Shown: piece by piece, positions 1 through 11,036 of the stretch
Layout of the letters: every line of letters starts with the position of its first letter
Position numbering within the stretch: the stretch's first letter is position 1
Assembly (NCBI GenBank): GCA_002269645.1
Contig: NIVC01000640.1
Coordinates: forward strand, 62,001-126,000
Length of the DNA: 64,000 bases
From: Macrostomum lignano
Taxonomy: Eukaryota
Direction: 5' to 3'
Notes under the pieces: model-generated
The model's database searches: none
The model's input: only the letters and a program-made list of their open reading frames with translations
What the model was told of the DNA's origin: nothing
Made by a program: the position numbers and the translations under genes

Positions 1-882
1 CTGACTGTGTCTAATTAGGTTGCTACCTGCTTACTGACTGGGTCTAATTGGGTTGCTACCTGCTTCTGACTGGGTCTAATTGGGTTGCTACCTGCTTACT
101 GACTGTGTCTAATTGGGTTGCTACCTGCTTACTGACTGTGTCTAATTGGGTTGCTACCTGCTTACTGACTGTGTCTAATTAGGTTGCTTACTGACTGTGT
201 CTAATTGGGTTGCTACCTGCTTACTGACTGTGTCTAATTGGGTTGCTACCTGCTTACTGACTGGGTCTAATTGGGTCGCTACCTGCTTACTGACTGTGTC
301 TAATTGGGTTGCTACCTGCTTACTGACTGTGTCTAATTGGGTTGCTACCTGCTTACTGACTGTGTCTAATTGGGTTGCTACCTGCTTACTGACTGTGTCT
401 AATTAGGTTTCTTACTGACTGTGTCTAATTAGGTTGCTTACTGACTGTGTCTAATTGGGTTGCTACCTGCTTACTGACTGTGTCTAATTGGGTTGCTACC
501 TGCTTACTGACTGTGTCTAATTGGGTTGCTACCTGCTTACTGACTGTGTCTAATTGGGTTGCTACCTGCTTACTGACTGGGTCTAATTGGGTTGCTACCT
601 GCTTCTGACTGGGTCTAATTGGGTTGCTACCTGCTTACTGACTGGGTCTAATTGGGTTGCTACCTGCTTCTGACTGGTTCTAATTGGGTCGCTACCTGCT
701 TACTGACTGTGTCTAATTGGGTTGCTACCTGCTTACTGACTGAGTCTAATTGGGTTGCTACCTGCTTACTGACTGGGTCTAATTGGGTTGCTACCTGCTT
801 ACTGACTGGGTCTAATTGGGTTGCTACCTGCTTCTGACTGGGTCTAATTGGGTTGCTACCTGCTTCTGACTGGGTCTAATTC
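1..882. repeat. 33-bp minisatellite (CTGACTGTGTCTAATTGGGTTGCTACCTGCTTA)n, continues off the left edge
   Basis: Unit read directly; explains the 11-aa periodic ORFs at 197 and 652. Confidence 0.95.
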
Positions 883-1514
883 GAAAAAAGTGACAAAAAA
901 TCAATATTCGATATGAAACAATCGAAATAGCAAAAACGCTTCAGTGAAAACCGTTGTTTTGCACTGTCGAAATCGAATAAGTAAAACTGGTACCGCAGTA
1001 CCAACTGGGCTACTATATCCTTACAAAGCGCTACAAGCCCTTTCCTTGTGTGCGCTGGCCTTATAGGGGAGACCAGCTGGTCTTATGCGGGAAATCACAA
1101 GGATTTGTGCGAATGCTCATGCTCATGAGAATCCAGATTAAAGGCTGGTCATAATACTCGCTAGTCAGCGGAATTAATTCTAATTTGTGGCTAGCAGACC
1201 CGTAAAACATGGAAGCGAGGTCCGGATCATGAAAAATGTATTGAGCCTAACGGATTAGGAGTTAACTGGAGTGTGTACTTTAATATTTGATATATACTTT
1301 TGTTAATGGGTGACCACTAGAATGCACAAATCAGATAAGGAGAGCTAAAAAATATAAATTACTGATGAAGCACCATGGCCGACGAAAAATGAAGACGAGT
1401 TCAGTCGGTTGAGAAAGTAGGATGGAAAATAATGAATATTGATCTGAGGAAGCGATGGTCAGTACAGATCAGTTCTGATGGCAACAGGTCTGAGCCTCTC
1501 ACCCTCTCCTGTTT

Positions 1515-2465
1515 TCTATCTGTCCTGTGTCTGTCTCCTATCTGTCCAGTGTCTGTCTCCTATCTGTCCTGTGTCTGTCTTCTATCTGTCCTGTGTCTGT
1601 CTCCTATCTGTCCAGTGTCTGTCTCCTATCTGTCCGGTGTCTGTCTCCTATCTGTCCAGTGTCTGTCTCCTGTCTGTCCAGTGTCTGTCTCCTATCTGTC
1701 CAGTGTCTGTCTCCTATCTGTCCGGTGTCTGTCTCCTATCTGTCCAGTGTCTGTCTCCTGTCTGTCCAGTGTCTGTCTCCTATCTGTCCAGTGTCTGTCT
1801 CCTATCTGTCCAGTGTCTGTCTCCTATCTGTCCAGTGTCTGTCTCCTGTCTGTCCAGTGTCTGTCTCCTATCTGTCCAGTGTCTGTCTCCTATCTGTCCG
1901 GTGTCTGTCTCCTATCTGTCCAGTGTCTGTCTCCTGTCTGTCCAGTGTCTGTCTCCTATCTGTCCAGTGTCTGTCTCCTATCTGTCCAGTGTCTGTCTCC
2001 TATCTGTCCAGTGTCTGTCTCCTATCTGTCCAGTGTCTGTCTCCTGTCTGTCCAGTGTCTGTCTCCTATCTGTCCAGTGTCTGTCTCCTATCTGTCCAGT
2101 GTCTGTCTCCTATCTGTCCAGTGTCTGTCTCCTATCTGTCCAGTGTCTGTCTCCTGTCTGTCCAGTGTCTGTCTCCTATCTGTCCAGTGTCTGTCTCCTA
2201 TCTGTCCAGTGTCTGTCTCCTATCTGTCCAGTGTCTGTCTCCTATCTGTCCAGTGTCTGTCTCCTATCTGTCCAGTGTCTGTCTCCTATCTGTCCAGTGT
2301 CTGTCTCCTATCTGTCCAGTGTCTGTCTCCTGTCTGTCCAGTGTCTGTCTCCTATCTGTCCAGTGTCTGTCTCCTATCTGTCCAGTGTCTGTCTCCTGTC
2401 TGTCCAGTGTCTGTCTCCTATCTGTCCAGTGTCTGTCTCCTATCTGTCCAGTGTCTGTCTCCTAT
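1515..2465. repeat. 22-bp minisatellite (TGTCTGTCTCCTATCTGTCCAG)n
   Basis: About 40 near-identical units; three overlapping periodic ORFs are its translations. Confidence 0.95.
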
Positions 2466-3471
2466 CTATCTCCCACCTGTCTCCTATCCATCTCCCTCTA
2501 TATTAATCCATATCCCACCAGTCGTTACCTTCTCTCTTTCTCTACCTCCCTCTCTCTCCCCTTCTCAGCATCAGTCTCCAACTCAGTATCGGACCCACAA
2601 TCTCATCGAGGTATATCGAGGTATTTTCAGCCTCGATCAGTAAACAGTGCCCAGTGGCCGCACTTCTGATTTGCCTACTGGCTTATATTCGACTTATATT
2701 TCTTCTTCTAGAACGTTTATAGATGCCACCAAATTTATGGCTAATCGATAGCAGCTACCATGAACCTCGGCCTTTATCGCACAGTGCAGTATTTGAGCCG
2801 CCGCCTCGGTCTATTATTAGTTACCGACTGGCACTGTGACACTATCCTTATAGATATGCATTAATAATTTATATTCATATTGATATGCAAAGCTTCACTC
2901 ACCTGTTTATCCAGACCAATAAAAGGCGTTATGCTTTTTTGTTTTAATAATAAAATTAATCCTACTTGAATTAACTAAACAGCTCAGAATGGAGACTCAG
3001 AATGGTTGGCCCTAACTATTTGTAGTCACTAAGGCAGCGAGCGCCAAGCGTAGCCCTGCTGTCATTGGACAGAACCGGGACAGCAAGCTGCCAGATGCGC
3101 GCCTGCTGCTGGGCCAATGGCGCCAGGCGCGCATCTTGTACTAAGAAGGAGAAAAACAAGTTTTGGTGTGAACCGTGTGAAGCTTAAAAAATACGGCTGC
3201 TTGTTGATCTATCTGTATTTGTTGTTGGAATTTCTAATTTCCTTAGGTTGCAGAAGCTGTACTAGAAAAAGATAAATTTACCGTTCGGCTTGTAAAGTAA
3301 ACAAAAGCAATGCAGTACATGTAAGACCTCTAACTTTGGGTGCTAGTTCGTGTTTCTGATTAATTTTCCCGAATAACAGATAAAAATCGCTGGTGTGTTT
3401 TCTATCTGGCAAGGCTGCAGAGAATTTTACAGAAAATCACGGCGCGAATCTGGATGAGGGGCAGAAAAAAG

Positions 3472-4818
3472 AGTGGGGCTCAGGTCTCTATAGTTGGGGC
3501 TCAGGTCTCTATAGTTGGGGCTCAGGTCTCTATAGTTGGGGCTCAGGTCTCTATAGTTGGGGCTCAGGTCTCTATAGTTGGGGCTCAGGTCTCTATAGTT
3601 GGGGCTCAGGTCTCTATAGTTGGGGCTCAGGTCTCTATAGTTGGGGCTCAGGTCTCTATAGTTGGGGCTCAGGTCTCTATAGTTGGGGCTCAGGTCTCTA
3701 TAGTTGGGGCTCAGGTCTCTATAGTTGGGGCTTAGATCTCTATAGTTGGGGCTCAGGTCTCTATAGTTGGGGCTCAGGTCTCTATAGTTGGGGCTCAGGT
3801 CTCTATAGTTGGGGCTCAGGTCTCTATAGTTGGGGCTCAGGTCTCTATAGTTGGGGCTCAGGTCTCTATAGTTGGGGCTCAGATCTCTATAGTTGGGGCT
3901 CAGGTCTCTATAGTTGGGGCTCAGGTCTCTATAGTTGGGGCTCAGGTCTCTATAGTTGGGGCTCAGGTCTCTATAGTTGGGGCTCAGGTCTCTATAGTTG
4001 GGGCTCAGGTCTCTATAGTTGGGGCTCAGGTCTCTATAGTTGGGGCTCAGGTCTCTATAGTTGGGGCTCAGGTCTCTATAGTTGGGGCTCAGGTCTTTAT
4101 AGTTGGGGCTCAGGTCTCTATAGTTGGGGCTCAGGTCTCTATAGTTGGGGCTCAGGTCTCTATAGTTGGGGCTTAGATCTCTATAGTTGGGGCTCAGGTC
4201 TCTATAGTTGGGGCTCAGGTCTCTATAGTTGGGGCTCAGGTCTCTATAGTTGGGGCTCAGGTCTCTATAGTTGGGGCTCAGGTCTCTATAGTTGGGGCTC
4301 AGGTCTCTATAGTTGGGGCTCAGATCTCTATAGTTGGGGCTCAGGTCTCTATAGTTGGGGCTCAGGTCTCTATAGTTGGGGCTCAGGTCTCTATAGTTGG
4401 GGCTCAGGTCTCTATAGTTGGGGCTCAGGTCTCTATAGTTGGGGCTCAGGTCTCTATAGTTGGGGCTCAGGTCTCTATAGTTGGGGCTTAGGTCTCTATA
4501 GTTGGGGCTCAGGTCTCTATAGTTGGGGCTCAGGTCTCTATAGTTGGGGCTCAGGTCTCTATAGTTGGGGCTCAGGTCTCTATAGTTGGGGCTCAGGTCT
4601 CTATAGTTGGGGCTCAGGTCTCTATAGTTGGGGCTCAGGTCTCTATAGTTGGGGCTTAGATCTCTATAGTTGGGGCTTAGATCTCTATAGTTGGGGCTCA
4701 GATCTCTATAGTTGGGGCTTAGATCTCTATAGTTGGGGCTCAGGTCTCTATAGTTGAGGCTTAGATCTCTATAGTTGGGGCTTAGATCTCTATAGTTGGG
4801 GCTTAGATCTTTATAGTT
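3472..4818. repeat. 21-bp minisatellite (GGGGCTCAGGTCTCTATAGTT)n
   Basis: About 64 units; gives the 7-aa periodic ORFs on both strands. Confidence 0.97.
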
Positions 4819-5339
4819 GAAACAAAGGAAAGGGACAAAATTGAAGCTAGCGACAGAGATGGTGGAAAAAGGGCGGAGAGAGGGCGGAGAGAGGGCGGAG
4901 AGAGGGTGAAGAGGCAAGGAGAAAGAGGGAAGGAGCCCGAGAAGCGCAATTAACAGAAAGTGGAAATTGAGCAAGGCAAATGAGAGAAGTTCTTCCTGTA
5001 GAAATTTGAATGAAAGGACAGGTGAACAGATTTGTGAGCTACAGAAAGCGGATTTTTAACAATTGAATTCCTCAGTTCACTTTTAAAGAAGCCTCACGAA
5101 GATTCGCAAAGTGGACTTGACCGAGTGAAGCCGAAGTGAATTCTATTGACTGGCTTCGGAGAGAACTTAATGCTCAAACAGTTTAGCGAAATCACTGATC
5201 GCAACCAGAGTCCCGATGGTGCTATGCTTTTGCCAGCAGCCTTAAAGTCTGATGCGGCTGAAGCAGTGGACAAAAAGTGCGCCCCTTCGAGGAATGACTG
5301 TACTTTTTGCAAATTGACCTATTCAGTCAGACTAATGAC

Positions 5340-5870
5340 AGGATCAGTCATAACAGAATCAGTCATAACAGAATCAGTCATAAAAGAATCAGTCATAACA
5401 GAATCAGTCATAACAGAATCAGTCATAAAAGAATCAGTCATAACAGAATCAGTCATAAAAGAATCAGTCATAAGAGAATCAGTCATAGCAGATTCAAGTC
5501 ATAACAGAATCAGTCATAACAGAATCAGTCATAACAGAATCAGTCATAACAGAATCAGTCATAACAGAATCAGTCATAAGAGAATCAGTCATAACAGAAT
5601 CAGTCATAACAGAATCAGTCATAACAGAATCAGTCATAACAGAATCAGTCATAACAGAATCAGTCATAACAGAATCAGTCATAACAGAATCAGTCATAAC
5701 AGAATCAGTCATAACAGAATCAGTCATAACAGAATCAGTCATAACAGAATCAGTCATAACAGAATCAGTCATAACAGAATCAGTCATAACAGAATCAGTC
5801 ATAACAGAATCAGTCATAACAGAATCAGTCATAACAGAATCAGTCATAACAGAATCAGTCATAACAGAAT
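5340..5870. repeat. 15-bp minisatellite (AGAATCAGTCATAAC)n
   Basis: About 35 units read directly. Confidence 0.95.
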
Positions 5871-6597
5871 CGTCAAGATTTCGGCAGAGCAAACAGAACC
5901 AGTCATAACGAAACCAGTCATAAGATTCATAGCTAGGTACTGTTCTCATAACACTATTTAGCCCAGAACAGAAATACCACGTGTTGTCAGTCCCTGTCTC
6001 CAATATTATCCCACATTGGAGCAGATATTCTTTCGAAACCCCCCTCCCCCAAATTCGAAGCCGCTGATCGATGGCCGGCCATTCGCCAGCCGGACACCTG
6101 GCAGATCCTCTATTCGTCTCAGTTTTCCAATCCCAAAGAAACGAAGAGCACAGTGAAAAGGAGCATTTCAAGGTCTCGCCTACCCCGAGAAGCAGAAAGC
6201 ATCTCAGTGCCAAATACTGTTATGAAGGGAAGAGGGGAGGAGAGAAGAAGGCATACGAGAGATGCAGCTCGTCGTAAACAGCCTGCTCAAATATCTGCAA
6301 GGGTGCTCACGAGGTCCTTTGTGTGTGTTTTGCACCAGCCACCCAGCCTGACGCCTACCAGACTCTGCCGATGTTGTCTCCAACGCACCTTTGCATTGAC
6401 ACTGGCAGCCTGTTATTTGCAGTGTTTGAGAATTTCTTTTGTACTCGCGCAGCCTGCTTGGGCTTGGGCGGCCCCAGAGGAAGAATTGTCTTCCCCAGGT
6501 GACAGCCGGGGGGCACGGGAGGCTGTCAATAAGCGGGGAATATTTTCTGCAAGCGGCTCAGTGAACGCGCTCCCGGTGATGACCTAATAAGGCAATC

Positions 6598-6968
6598 TCA
6601 CTGCGATGCTTGGCAGAGCGGGATTGGCGTCTCCATCAGCCACCCTTTCAAGAAGGTGTTGATAAAATATTCCGCGGAATAGAGGCAGAGAAGCACCTGG
6701 CCTGTGACTAAAGTAAAATCGATCACCTCTCTGTGTGTGTTTTCAAGCTCCTTGTTGCTGCAGCTGGTACTTGAGGAATTCTGTTTATCAGCTTTCAAAA
6801 GCTGTCAGATGTTAGCTATCGATCAGGCCAAGCATCTTCAATCAATACTTGGAGTATTTAGTTACTTACCTGTGTCTGCCAGTTCTCCAGACACGGGTGC
6901 TGCCACCAACACATTTCTATTTTTAGAAGAAAACTTGAAAACACTGTCAACATAAAAGAGAACGTCTT
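6598..6968 (-). CDS. Putative internal exons (6968-6870 and 6801-6598) of an unidentified, possibly membrane, protein
   Basis: Minus strand shows a tttcag acceptor, a 99-nt exon, a perfect GTAAGT donor, a 68-nt intron ending GCTAACATCTGACAG, and phase-0 continuity: KTFSFMLTVFSSFLLKIEMCWWQHPCLENWQTQ|LLKADKQ...VIDFTLVTGQVLLCLYSAEYFINTFLKGW. Neighbouring exons could not be resolved. Confidence 0.4.
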
Positions 6969-7086
6969 CTGAAAGAATTGCTAAAAAAGATTTTTGGAAC
7001 TACGAAAACAATGTCTTTTGCAAATAGAACTTTCAAACACTACAGGCCTTCGTGTCCTGCTCATCACCTGAGGACCATCTTTAGAA

Positions 7087-8148
7087 TCCTGTCTGACTCT
7101 CTCTAGAGTAGTCTCTGACTCTCTCCAGAATCCTGACTCTCTCCAGAATCCTGTCTGACTCTCTCTAGAGTAGTCTCTGACTCTCTCCAGAATCCTGACT
7201 CTCTCCAGAATCCTGTCTGACTCTCTCTAGAGTAGTCTCTGACTCTCTCTAGAGTAGTCTCTGACTCTCTCCAGAATCCTGACTCTCTCCAGAATCCTGT
7301 CTGACTCTCCAGAATCCTGACTCTCTCCAGAATCCTGTCTGACTCTCTCTAGAGTAGTCTCTGACTCTCTCTAGAGTAGTCTCTGACTCTCTCCAGAATC
7401 CTGACTCTCTCCAGAATCCTGTCTGACTCTCCAGAATCCTGACTCTCTCCAGAATCCTGTCTGACTCTCCAGAATCCTGACTCTCTCCAGAATCCTGTCT
7501 GACTCTCCAGAATCCTGACTCTCTCCAGAATCCTGTCTGACTCTCTCCAGAACCCTGTCTCACTCTCTCCAGAATCCTGTCTCACTCTCTCCAGAATCCT
7601 GTCTGACTCTCTGCAGAATCCTGACTCTCTCCAGAATCCTGACTGACTCTCCAGAATCCTGTCTGACTCTCTTCAGAATCCTGTCTGACTCTCTCCAGAA
7701 TCCTGACTCTCTCCAGAATCCTGTCTGACTCTCTCCAGAACCCTGTCTCACTCTCTCCAGAATCCTGTCTGACTCTCTCCAGAATCCTGTCTGACTCTCT
7801 CCAGAATCCTGTCTGACTCTCTCCAGAATCCTGTCTGACTCTCTCCAGAATCCTGTCTGACTCTCTTCAGAATCCTGTCTGACTCTCTCCAGAATCCTGT
7901 CTGACTCTCTCCAGAATCCTGTCTGACTCTCTCCAGAATCCTGTCTGACTCTCTCCAGAATCCTGTCTGACTCTCTTCAGTAGTCTCTGGCTCTTTCTAG
8001 AATCCTGACTCTCTCCAGAATCCTGTCTGACTCTCTTCAGAATCCTGTCTGACTCTCTTCAGAATCCTGTCTGACTCTCTCCAGAATCCTGACTCTCTCC
8101 AGAATCCTGTCTGACTCTCTCCAGAACCCTGTCTCACTCTCTCCCTGA
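7087..8148. repeat. Composite 18/22-bp minisatellite (CCAGAATCCTGTCTGACTCTCT and variants)
   Basis: Direct reading; interleaved variants with and without TAGAGTAG. Confidence 0.93.
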
Positions 8149-8654
8149 CTCTACTCAAAATCATCCTCCTCTTTTTTGTTTTTATTTGCGTTTTTCAAAT
8201 GTTAGATACCGAAATGAAAAAAGTATATTATAAAGCATTTTTATTGCTAGAAAAGATACACTCATATCAGCATCTGTTCTACTAGCAGTAGGATTTTAGT
8301 AAATTTATAACAAACAATTTTCACTGAAAAGCAAACTCAATTTAATGAAACGCTCTCAGCCACGCAAAAAACGGTTAGCAATGCTTGGTACTCAGTAGAA
8401 GGGCTTTGACATTCAATTTATTGATACAGGCATTTAAACATTACCACATATTATAATTTCACATTGTTAATTTTGATACTTATAACAATTTTACAAATCC
8501 CTTAACCACACTGACAGATTCTGTGAGAGTCTGCTGTGCCACATAAAAAATAAATTCATGACGGCAATTAGGGTCGTGAGTACGAGCTGAGCAAGCAAAT
8601 GACAAGGGTTCTTTATAACACAGAAACAGGGAGAGAAGATTATCGAAAACAAGG

Positions 8655-10030
8655 GGGAGAGAGGACCATCAGGAACAGGGGAGAGAGGACCATGAGGAAC
8701 AGAGGAGAGAGGATCATGAGGATCATCAGGAACAGGAGAGAGGATCATCAGGAACAGAGGAGAGAGGATCATCAGGAACAGGGGAGAGAGGATCATCAGG
8801 AACAGGGGAGAGAGGATCATCAGGAACAGGGGAGAGAAGATCATCAGGAACAGGGGAGGGAGGATCATCAGGAACAGGGGAGAGAGGACCAGGAACAGAG
8901 GAGAGAGGACCATCAGGAACAGAGGAGAGAGGATCATCAGGAACAGGGGAGAGAGGATCATCAGGAACAGGAGAGAGGACCATCAGGAACAGAGGAGAGA
9001 GGATTATCAGGAACAGGGGAGAGAGGATCATCAGGAACAGGGGAGAGAGGATCATCAGGAACAGGGGAGAGAGGACCAGGAACAGAGGAGAGAGGACCAG
9101 GAACAGAGGAGAGAGGATCATCAGGAACAGGGGAGAGAGGACCAGGAACAGAGGAGAGAGGACCATCAGGAACAGAGGAGAGAGGACCATCAGGAACAGA
9201 GGAGAGAGGATCATCAGGAACAGGGGAGAGAGGATCATCAGGAACAGGGAGAGAGGATCATCAGGAACAGGGGAGAGAGGACCAGGAACAGAGGAGAGAG
9301 GACCATCAGGAACAGAGGAGAGAGGATCATCAGGAACAGAGGAGAGAGGATCATCAGGAACAGAGGAGAGAGGACCATCAGGAACAGAGGAGAGAGGATC
9401 ATCAGGAACAGAGGAGAGAGGATCATCAGGAACAGGGGAGAGAGGATCATCAGGAACAGGGGAGAGAGGATCATCAGGAACAGGGGAGAGAGGATCATCA
9501 GGAACAGGGGAGAGAAGATCATCAGGAACAGGGGAGAGAGGATCATCAGGAACAGGGGAGAGAGGACAGGAACAGAGGAGAGAGGATCATCAGGAACAGG
9601 GGAGAGAGGATCATCAGGAACAGAGGAGAGAGGATCATCAGGAACAGGGAGAGAGGATCATCAGGAACAGGGAGAGAGGATCATCAGGAACAGGGGAGAG
9701 AGGATCATCAGGAACAGAGGAGAGAGGATCATCAGGAACAGGGGAGAGAGGATCATCAGGAACAGGGGAGAGGATCATCAGGAACAGGAGAGAGAGGATC
9801 ATCAGGAACAGGAGAGAGAGGATCATCAGGAACAGGGGAGAGAGGATCATCAGGAACAGGGAGAGAGGATCATCAGGAACAGAGGAGAGAGGATCATCAG
9901 GAACAGGGGAGAGAGGATCATCAGGAACAGGGGAGAGGATCATCAGGAACAGGAGAGAGAGGATCATCAGGAACAGGAGAGAGAGGATCATCAGGAACAG
10001 GAGAGAGAGGATCATCAGGAACAGGGGAGA
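8655..10030. repeat. About 24-bp purine-rich minisatellite (CAGGAACAGGGGAGAGAGGATCAT)n
   Basis: Direct reading; frame switches in the 8599..10047 ORF follow unit indels. Confidence 0.95.
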
Positions 10031-10519
10031 GAATTATCACGAGCTAAAAGTGCACAAACTTCACAAGATAGATACGCCAGTCCAGATGTGCGCACACTAA
10101 GCATTCGCACTTCAAGATGCATGGAACAGGTGCTCTAGACTTGGCTTAAATGCTCAGTGCCGGCATTAGAATTGAAAAATTCAACGCAAATTCTAATCAT
10201 CTAGCAGACTAAAAAAGTGCAAACTATAAGCAGGATCTACAAGTTGATTAGTCACATACAAATTAGAGGGTATTGATTTTTATAGAATTCAGTGGTTGCC
10301 TGTCGTCACAAACTTCATTAATAATTTCTATTAGTAAATTGGTACAATTAAAAAGTACACCGCAAACCAAGCATGCAGATATTTACAGGCCCCTGTGTAT
10401 ATTAATAACTGAAATATTTGTAAGCAGCAATTCGAAAACTTTAAGATACGGAAACAGCCACAGCAAAGATAGAAAAAATACACGTGGCTCACTTTGTTAG
10501 AAAACATTTTAAACAGAAA

Positions 10520-10890
10520 GGGGAGGACAGGGGTAGAGAGGGAGGGAACAGGGGCAGAGAGGGAGGGAACAGGGCAGACAGGGGCAGAGAGGGAGGGAAC
10601 AGGGCAGACAGGGGCAGAGAGGGAGGGAACAGGGGCAGAGAGGGAGGGAACAGGGACAGAGAGGGAGGGAACAGGGCAGACAGGGGCAGAGAGGGAGGGA
10701 ACAGGGGCAGAGAGGGGCAGAGAGGGAAGGAACAGGGGTAGACAGGGGCAGAGAGGGAGGGACAGGGGGTAGAGAGGGAGGGAATAGGGGCAGAGAGGGA
10801 GGGACAGGGGGCAAAGAGGGAGGGGGCAGGGGGTAGAGAGGGAGGGACAGGGGGCAAAGAGGGAGGGGACAGGGGGTAGGGAGGGAGGAA
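10520..10890. repeat. About 21-bp G/A-rich minisatellite (GGGAGGGAACAGGGGCAGAGA)n
   Basis: Direct reading. Confidence 0.9.
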
Positions 10891-11036
10891 AACAGTGGGA
10901 TGACTGTAGAGGGCACAGTTGTATTGGGCGAGATTTAAAGAAAACAATACATGCAGGAGTCACAGGCGCTTTGCTTGCACAGAAGAAGCAGCTGACTCAG
11001 CTCAATGCCAGTCAGGACAGGCAGCTGCAGTCCGGG

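Noticed and set aside
1432-5961. Long periodic ORFs of 271-515 aa (SVCLLSVQCLSP, WGSGLYS, NYRDLSP, RISHN)
   Set aside because: They are translations of 22-, 21- and 15-bp tandem repeats, open in several frames or on both strands, with no unique domain.
8491-10047. REDHQEQ-rich 482-aa ORF
   Set aside because: Translation of a 24-bp purine-rich satellite whose register shifts with unit indels.
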